The notes under the pieces were generated by a model. The model was given only the letters and a program-made list of their open reading frames with translations, made no database searches and was not told where the DNA came from. 64,000 nt of DNA. Origin: a virus. The position numbers and the translations under genes are program-made. The stretch lies in the IMG/VR virus record IMGVR_UViG_3300014059_000004, one strand, 5' to 3'. Shown here one piece after another: positions 57,927 to 64,000 of this stretch. Position 1 is the first letter of the stretch; each line of letters opens with the position of its first letter.

Positions 57927-59978
57927 ATGGGCTTCCTCGATCATTCAAGCAACAATATAATTCTGGACGCTGTGCTAACAGATTTGGGCAGACAGTTCCT
58001 AGCACGGAATGATGGGTCATTTTCAGTCCATAAGTTTGCGCTTGGAGATGATGAAGTTAACTACGGCATCATCTCGAAGTACGGCCGCACGGTCGGAAAA
58101 GAGAAGATCGAGAAGAACACACCAGTCTTTGAAGCACTGACAAACCAGGGGCACTCTCAAAAGTACCGCTTGATAAGCATCTCTAACCCCAACTTGCTGA
58201 GACTGCCATCGCTTAGCCTATCAGGTGACGCAAACGTCGACGGTACGACAGGTATCGTTACGCTGGGTAGAAATCAGCAGAAGACGTCGGCAATCACCAT
58301 CGAGCAGACGATCAAGAACGAGACGTCTATCGATGTTGAGCTAAGAGATCAAACGTTCATTGTTGAAGTTCCGAACTTGTTCTGCCAGATCCTGCGCAAC
58401 ACACCAGAAAATGTCGATGGACAGCAGAGAGCAACGTACATCATCACTCGCTCACCAACCGAGAACGCTTTCGGAGGATCGTCAGTACAGTTCACATTGT
58501 CAGTGAAGTCATTGACAGACGCCCTGTTCACGGTATACGGAACTACAGCAAATAAGGCGAAGATCAAGACGTACATAAAAGTCACAGGCGTTCAGTCGGG
58601 CGCAGTGAAAGATATCACAGTCATCATCGACAAGAACCTGTTAGAGACGAACGAGAAATTAAGAAACATGTCAACATTTAAGGAAATTCTTCCGTCAGAC
58701 GTAAAGACAGCTAGGTCGTTCTTGAACCAGCTTGTTGATGTTTTGCAAGAAGACGTCTCAGGTTCTACATCTAGAAGAAAGTACCAAGTGTTCGTCACCG
58801 GTGGAGTCGGCCCTGGTGTGACTAGTTCTTTGTTTCAAACGGTGTACGATCAAGATTTCACTCTGCAGACTGCAAATCCAGTCTTTGATATGACTGTTGG
58901 ATTGAAGCCTGCTGGCACCACAGTGACAACTAGCCAGACCGGAACAGATGCTGCGTCTAAGGAACTGTTTCCTAGCTCATCATTGATGATGCGCGAGAAG
59001 ATGGACATTTACAGGCAGTTTGCTGCATCGATGTTGGGTGATTCTACGCAAACATTCAAAGCAGCGTACGATTCTACAACTGCATCTGATGAGATTGACG
59101 TTGCTCTGTTTATTGCATTCAAGAGATTGTTTGCAAGAGACCAGATCAAGCGTGAGACTTTTGCGATGAGATTCTACCAATCTGCATCGTTTGTCTCAAA
59201 GTCTGGAACTTCAGTCGACTGCCCACCTACAGCTATCTCAGCTAACGCTGGCGTCACAAACTTGAACGTGACAACGTTGTCAGGTTCTTCAATCTACACA
59301 GACATTGGAACTTCAACGAACAAGCTCACGGCTTTCGGTGGTCAAGTTGGTAACGTCGTCGACGCTGCTAACACTTCACGAACTGTCGGTTTGATGTTCT
59401 ACGATCGTGGTGTTCTTGTTCTCGATCTTGCAAAGGTCACTTCTGGAAGTCAGTACATGTCTGGAACGATCGATGCTATGAGCTCGCTCGGAACTACGTT
59501 GCTGGGCGGTGTCAACACTGAAACTGCGTTGAAGTCTAAGTTCATCCCGGACTTTGTCGTGTCTGCTTCTATTGACAACATCGTTGATCACATCGCTGCA
59601 TGTAGGTTCGGTTCCGGATCGCAATCTGCTATCACGTTCCAGAACATCACAAACATCAATTCTACGTTGATCTTCTGCAGAGCCGCTGCTGACGAGTTTA
59701 ACTACTCTTCCAACCCAACGTTCATCGATTCTGACAACAGGATCGTTGTGATTGATGCCGGACAAGAAGATACTCAAACAGCTTTCACGTTCGTAAGCTC
59801 TGTTGGTCTGTACGATTCTAACGACAACTTGCTAGCAGTTGCAAAGCTATCTAGACCGGTAGAGAAGAATCCTGAGAAGGATCTCACGCTGCGTGTTAGG
59901 TTGGATTATTTATGTAATAATTGCGGCATTTTGTGTACCATGTCATCATGGCTACAAATTATGCCGATAGAATGCTAG
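57927..59978 (+). CDS. Large hypothetical protein (683 aa), candidate structural
   Basis: Long ORF with RBS-like gaaagaaaacac upstream. Confidence 0.55.
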   Translation: MGFLDHSSNNIILDAVLTDLGRQFLARNDGSFSVHKFALGDDEVNYGIISKYGRTVGKEKIEKNTPVFEALTNQGHSQKYRLISISNPNLLRLPSLSLSGDANVDGTTGIVTLGRNQQKTSAITIEQTIKNETSIDVELRDQTFIVEVPNLFCQILRNTPENVDGQQRATYIITRSPTENAFGGSSVQFTLSVKSLTDALFTVYGTTANKAKIKTYIKVTGVQSGAVKDITVIIDKNLLETNEKLRNMSTFKEILPSDVKTARSFLNQLVDVLQEDVSGSTSRRKYQVFVTGGVGPGVTSSLFQTVYDQDFTLQTANPVFDMTVGLKPAGTTVTTSQTGTDAASKELFPSSSLMMREKMDIYRQFAASMLGDSTQTFKAAYDSTTASDEIDVALFIAFKRLFARDQIKRETFAMRFYQSASFVSKSGTSVDCPPTAISANAGVTNLNVTTLSGSSIYTDIGTSTNKLTAFGGQVGNVVDAANTSRTVGLMFYDRGVLVLDLAKVTSGSQYMSGTIDAMSSLGTTLLGGVNTETALKSKFIPDFVVSASIDNIVDHIAACRFGSGSQSAITFQNITNINSTLIFCRAAADEFNYSSNPTFIDSDNRIVVIDAGQEDTQTAFTFVSSVGLYDSNDNLLAVAKLSRPVEKNPEKDLTLRVRLDYLCNNCGILCTMSSWLQIMPIEC

Positions 59979-60358
59979 TACCTCTGCATGGTGATGCTAC
60001 TATGAAACTGTGCTCAGTTTCGAAAGAGCTTCTATGCACTGGCTACAAGAGGATCGTCATAGGTCAACGTGGTCCGTACGTTGAAATTGAATTTGATCAG
60101 TTGAATTCTGAAGCTTTTCATGAAGTGCCAGAGCAACATTACTATTACGTTGAACTTAGATCACGTGCTGACAACGTAAAAGCTTACCTGCAGCTCAAGG
60201 AGGTTGATTACGCTGACTACAAGGTTGGTCTAGCGTACATATCGCCGTTTGATCTTGTGCTAGAAGATAACAGTCGACTCATCATACCTATCAGAGCTAT
60301 TTCTTCCAACCGGCTTCCCACCTTACTGCGTTGCACACCAGTTCACCAAATCCGATGA
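59948..60358 (+). CDS. Hypothetical protein (~136 aa)
   Basis: The track ORF starts at a TTG at 59921; the first ATG is at 59948. Confidence 0.35.
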   Translation: MATNYADRMLVPLHGDATMKLCSVSKELLCTGYKRIVIGQRGPYVEIEFDQLNSEAFHEVPEQHYYYVELRSRADNVKAYLQLKEVDYADYKVGLAYISPFDLVLEDNSRLIIPIRAISSNRLPTLLRCTPVHQIR

Positions 60359-61202
60359 TCTCGTGCTCGTAAGAGTACCTTCTGAACATTGGGATCTTTG
60401 CGTAAAGCGGTTCAATGTCTAGCAGCTTGCCTTTATTTTCACCCGGGTCTAGCTCTAGAATCACGCAAAACTTTGATTGCTCAAGCGATCCACCGTATCG
60501 CGTCGCTATTCTTTCATCGTACGTCCATGAACTTGAGTACTTGTACGCCGGCTGGTACTTGAATACTCCTTCTATTCGACCATAGTTTCCACCGTCGTAT
60601 TTATGAAGATTATTCTCGAGCCATTCTCGATTAACTCGTATACCTCTATACAGCTGTCGACCAACCTTGGGCTGCTTCAAGATGCCAGGGTACTGCTTGG
60701 CTCTCAATGCATCTTCTATGATTGCAGCAGAATCAGCGCTTACTTCCCCATTCATCATGATGTGCTGTTCTAGAGCCGCATAGACTTTGTCCTCTGCATC
60801 TGTGTTTGGTTCTTTTGGAAGCTTCTCAGCTCTTGCGCTTGGAAATAGGAAAGATCCAAACGGCGCACTTTCATCTTTCTCGTCGGGCTTTACACCAAGC
60901 TCTTTCATCTCTTCTCGCCAGAGAGCAGCGCGCTGAAATTCTTTTGCTCTCTCGTCAGAGAGCCCTTTACGTCTCTCTTCATTTTTTTGCAAGCTGACTT
61001 GAAGCTTTGGCAGGTATGCGTTTAGTCGATTTTCAAGTTTCAGAAGATTTGTATCATCTGCTTTGCTGATGTATGCATCGATAGCATAGAACAGCTCATC
61101 ATCTAGGTTACCTTTTTCGTAATCGTTAAAAGCGCAGTTGTACAGTTCTTCAACACCGAACATAGTCGCAAGGTTGTAAAGCTTTCGTGTTGATGCATGC
61201 AT
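60297..61202 (-). CDS. Antisense hypothetical protein with a candidate R-S-ExE mono-ADP-ribosyltransferase motif set
   Basis: QLYRGIRV (R194), YKYSSSWTY (231-233), YSYEHEIIG (287-289) in the order and spacing seen in Alt/ModA/C3-type ARTs. ATG at 61202. Confidence 0.35.
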   Translation of the reverse strand: MHASTRKLYNLATMFGVEELYNCAFNDYEKGNLDDELFYAIDAYISKADDTNLLKLENRLNAYLPKLQVSLQKNEERRKGLSDERAKEFQRAALWREEMKELGVKPDEKDESAPFGSFLFPSARAEKLPKEPNTDAEDKVYAALEQHIMMNGEVSADSAAIIEDALRAKQYPGILKQPKVGRQLYRGIRVNREWLENNLHKYDGGNYGRIEGVFKYQPAYKYSSSWTYDERIATRYGGSLEQSKFCVILELDPGENKGKLLDIEPLYAKIPMFRRYSYEHEIIGFGELVCNAVRWEAGWKK

Positions 61203-61256
61203 GCTGTAAGTATGTAATGGGTTCAACCGTTGAATTGTTGTATAGTTACGGTTGAC

Positions 61257-63764
61257 ATGTCAATCATCAAAGTGACACCAAGCGACATTGAGACGTTTAG
61301 CGTGGTCACAAACCCTAGCAGAACGTACTCTTCGTCTTCAACAGGTGGTGTGACAGGTTCTGTGTACGTCTTTGCTAGAAGAAGCAACTACGAAAAAGAG
61401 ATGGCGCCTCTACCAGCGTTCATCGATGCAACGCACAACGATTCAGATCTAAACGTCTCTATCAGAAGTCTTCAGCAAGTAGGTCGCCTAGCTCGAGTTG
61501 GTGGTTACTCTGCGTTGAACAGCAGGTTCAAGGCAATGATTGAAGATTACATGAACAAAGTTGATCAACAAGGAATTTCTGCTAGGAAGCAGAAGTACTT
61601 GGACGTCATCAGGTTCGTGCCACCAGTGCAGTTTAATTCTAACACCGTAAGAAAGCTGATCGTAAAGGATCAGCTGATGCGTTACTACAGAACGTCTTAC
61701 CCGTCGGCACATTGGGCTTACACAAACTACAATTGCTTGAATTTCTTCACGTCATCGACAGTTCCAACCAGCTCTGTCTTGATGTATCCAAACATCGACG
61801 GACCAGCGAGCCAGGCTCATGCTGGGTACGTGTCCGGAACTTACTCACTGTCTGGCGCTTTTTCTTTCGACTTCTACATCAACCCAAAGTACAGACCTGA
61901 CTCAGTTGATGGTGACTTTAAAGCAGGAACGATCTTTCATCTCTCTTCCAGCTATGTGCTGTCTCTGGTTTCTGGATCAGCGAAAGATGAGAACGGTCGA
62001 ACGATAGGTTACAGGCTTAAGCTTCAGCTAAGCCATTCCGCTGACGTTGCTCCTTCAACTGCTGCTGCAGGAACGTATCCAAACGATCTGATATTTCTTT
62101 CTGATGATAACTCGTTGATGTGGAATCGTTGGCATCACGTGGTCGTAAGATGGGGTACAAACCTCGTTAACAACGGAACTGGTTCTTTTAACATCGATTC
62201 AGTTGATCGAGGTTACTTTGTCGTTCCATCTGGTACTATCACTCCTCGATTGTTCGGTGCTGGTTCACCATCGTCTCCTGATGTTTTGTTCGTTGGAAAT
62301 TACTACCAAGGAAACAACACGGGTGCTGGTTCAACATCGTACTTCTTTTCTGCAGACGTTGCAACGCGTGATGGTCTTCAAGAATTGAATGGCACAACTT
62401 CAGTTGATGAACCAACGAGCTACGCGTTCAACCATCCATTGAATGCTGAAGTGCACGACCTAGCTATCAAGCGCTTCTACATGACAGATGGTGACATTGA
62501 AGTGTCTGCATCGAAGGGGCCACTTGCGCTAGACGGTTGGACAGCATTCTATTTGCCTCCGTTCTTTGTTGAAGATGCACCGTTTAGAAAGTTCGTTGGA
62601 ACTATCGGTGGAATCCTTCAAACGCCGTTCTTTGAGGTTGATGGTACTACGAACTCACCGTTCAACGTAGCGATGGCATTTGGCGTCAACGGTCATTACA
62701 TGAACATTGAGAACTACTTGCGAGACTTTGCTAGCAACGTATTCCCAAGAGTTCATCACATGTCTGGCACGGCTATTTCGTACTCTACGTCGGCAAGGCC
62801 AGCAAATGAATTCTTGTACGATGACCCTAGAGTCCGTCGTAGAAACCTGCTCATCATGCCTTGCGACGACGGCCTATTCGTTCCAAGCTTTGAGCTGCTA
62901 GCGTCTGAGAGCTTGAGAACGCGTGCGGTGGGAGATGATAACGTAGAAGATCTTAGCTTGGTGCACCTTGATGACATGCTCACGACAGCATCGTTCATCT
63001 TTGGCACTTCGTTTGATTCTGTCGAAGGTGTATCTGCAGCATCTGCTAATGATTTCGTTGATTCATCTATTGGATTTACGCCAGAAACGCCCGGACAAGT
63101 TCCAGGTCCAGCATACGTTGGCTTCATGAGAAGGGTGACCCAGGCTATAGCATCTGGTACGACTGTTCCGGGTGTCGAAGACGGCGCACCTCTGACGATC
63201 TACCAGAGAACGAGAGACGCATCGTCAAATCAAGTAACATTCTTTGATATCAGCAACTTGTTCTACGGAAAGAGAATCCAACCTGGGTCATTTTCTATCA
63301 CTGATAGCAACGTAACTGGGTCTGGCGGTGCAGTTTCGATCACGTTGAAAGATGACGGCTGGGGCAACATCTACAGAGCAGATTCTCTTACGTCCGCGTC
63401 GACATGGAACTCTGTTGGAAACATATTCTATGACGAAGGTATCGTTCTTCTGAAGAATCCAAGCATCTACTTCTACGGAAAAGAACAGTATGAGATGTCG
63501 TTCAAAGGTGAGCAAAGCATCCACGTTCTGAAGCTGGAAGTTATAGCACCAGCTAACCAGCTAAACTCAAGCTCAAATCCAAACTTCCAAACGTTGCCAG
63601 CATCAGGATTCAAGACGGACACTGATCCTAATTACGTGTATATAACCGGTCTAAACTTTCATGATGAAAATCTGAATGTCGTGCTGAAGACGTCGCTGGC
63701 TCAACCGATCGTAAAACGCACGGGCGATCGCATCATGTTCAAGGTTGGCATTGATATTTTATGA
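61257..63764 (+). CDS. Large hypothetical protein (~836 aa)
   Basis: The track ORF begins at a TTG at 61230; the first ATG is at 61257. Confidence 0.55.
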   Translation: MSIIKVTPSDIETFSVVTNPSRTYSSSSTGGVTGSVYVFARRSNYEKEMAPLPAFIDATHNDSDLNVSIRSLQQVGRLARVGGYSALNSRFKAMIEDYMNKVDQQGISARKQKYLDVIRFVPPVQFNSNTVRKLIVKDQLMRYYRTSYPSAHWAYTNYNCLNFFTSSTVPTSSVLMYPNIDGPASQAHAGYVSGTYSLSGAFSFDFYINPKYRPDSVDGDFKAGTIFHLSSSYVLSLVSGSAKDENGRTIGYRLKLQLSHSADVAPSTAAAGTYPNDLIFLSDDNSLMWNRWHHVVVRWGTNLVNNGTGSFNIDSVDRGYFVVPSGTITPRLFGAGSPSSPDVLFVGNYYQGNNTGAGSTSYFFSADVATRDGLQELNGTTSVDEPTSYAFNHPLNAEVHDLAIKRFYMTDGDIEVSASKGPLALDGWTAFYLPPFFVEDAPFRKFVGTIGGILQTPFFEVDGTTNSPFNVAMAFGVNGHYMNIENYLRDFASNVFPRVHHMSGTAISYSTSARPANEFLYDDPRVRRRNLLIMPCDDGLFVPSFELLASESLRTRAVGDDNVEDLSLVHLDDMLTTASFIFGTSFDSVEGVSAASANDFVDSSIGFTPETPGQVPGPAYVGFMRRVTQAIASGTTVPGVEDGAPLTIYQRTRDASSNQVTFFDISNLFYGKRIQPGSFSITDSNVTGSGGAVSITLKDDGWGNIYRADSLTSASTWNSVGNIFYDEGIVLLKNPSIYFYGKEQYEMSFKGEQSIHVLKLEVIAPANQLNSSSNPNFQTLPASGFKTDTDPNYVYITGLNFHDENLNVVLKTSLAQPIVKRTGDRIMFKVGIDIL

Positions 63765-63805
63765 TGCTAATTGGGTGCCAATTTCTTGGTGTAGTACTTT
63801 AAGTT

Positions 63806-64000
63806 ATGACCGCAAAGAAGAGAAGGCGTCGCAAGAAAGGTCACTACAACAAAGGTACGTACGTTTCGTTGAAGACTGGCATGTCTTGCAACCATCGCAG
63901 CGGTTGGGAACTGAAGTACATGCAATTTCTAGATGAATCTGCTGAAGTTGCAACGTGGGAGTATGAATCATTTAAGATTGAGTACGTGAGTAATAAGAAA
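63806..64000 (+). CDS. Edge-truncated ORF with poly-basic N-terminus (MTAKKRRRRKKGHY...)
   Basis: Open frame from the ATG at 63806 to the window end (65 codons). Confidence 0.35.
   Translation, partial: MTAKKRRRRKKGHYNKGTYVSLKTGMSCNHRSGWELKYMQFLDESAEVATWEYESFKIEYVSNKK

Noticed and set aside
1-64000. CRISPR arrays, rRNA or tRNA genes
   Set aside because: No regularly spaced direct repeats apart from the 38.6-38.8 kb regulatory repeats (irregular, palindromic, only 3-4 copies). No non-coding gap is long enough or cloverleaf-like; all gaps over 50 bp were inspected.

Overview
This window reads as a segment of a large tailed dsDNA phage genome (contractile-tailed, distantly T4-like). The evidence is a gp25/GPW-like baseplate wedge protein, a gp55-like late sigma factor, PhoH, GIY-YIG/NUMOD homing endonucleases, tightly packed and overlapping genes with Shine-Dalgarno sites, no rRNA/tRNA/CRISPR, and GC of roughly 45% by eye. 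I see four parts. (1) 1-11.5 kb, minus strand: baseplate/tail-fibre module with very large proteins. (2) 11.5-13 kb: gp55-like late sigma factor plus two small proteins. (3) 13-38.5 kb, minus strand: a ~25 kb glycan-biosynthesis island with at least 10 glycosyltransferases, a dTDP-3-amino-3,6-dideoxyhexose-type pathway (RmlB, cupin isomerase, DegT aminotransferase, GNAT), a Gmd/Rmd-like dehydratase, a UDP-sugar dehydrogenase, a HAD+nucleotidyltransferase fusion, an LbH acetyltransferase and a methyltransferase, interrupted by a Cas4-like nuclease/Zn-ribbon/CX5R phosphatase cluster and three homing-endonuclease-like genes. (4) After an ornate palindrome/direct-repeat regulatory region (38.55-38.83 kb), a plus-strand block: a truncated GroEL-like chaperonin, ClpP-like protease, XPD/Rad3-like Fe-S helicase, lysine-rich basic protein with a strong terminator, an antisense small protein carrying a sigma-70 region-4.2-like HTH, a PIN-PhoH (PhoH2-like) ATPase, and six huge uncharacterised proteins including an antisense candidate ADP-ribosyltransferase. 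All functional calls come from motifs recognised by eye in the translations and need profile-search confirmation.
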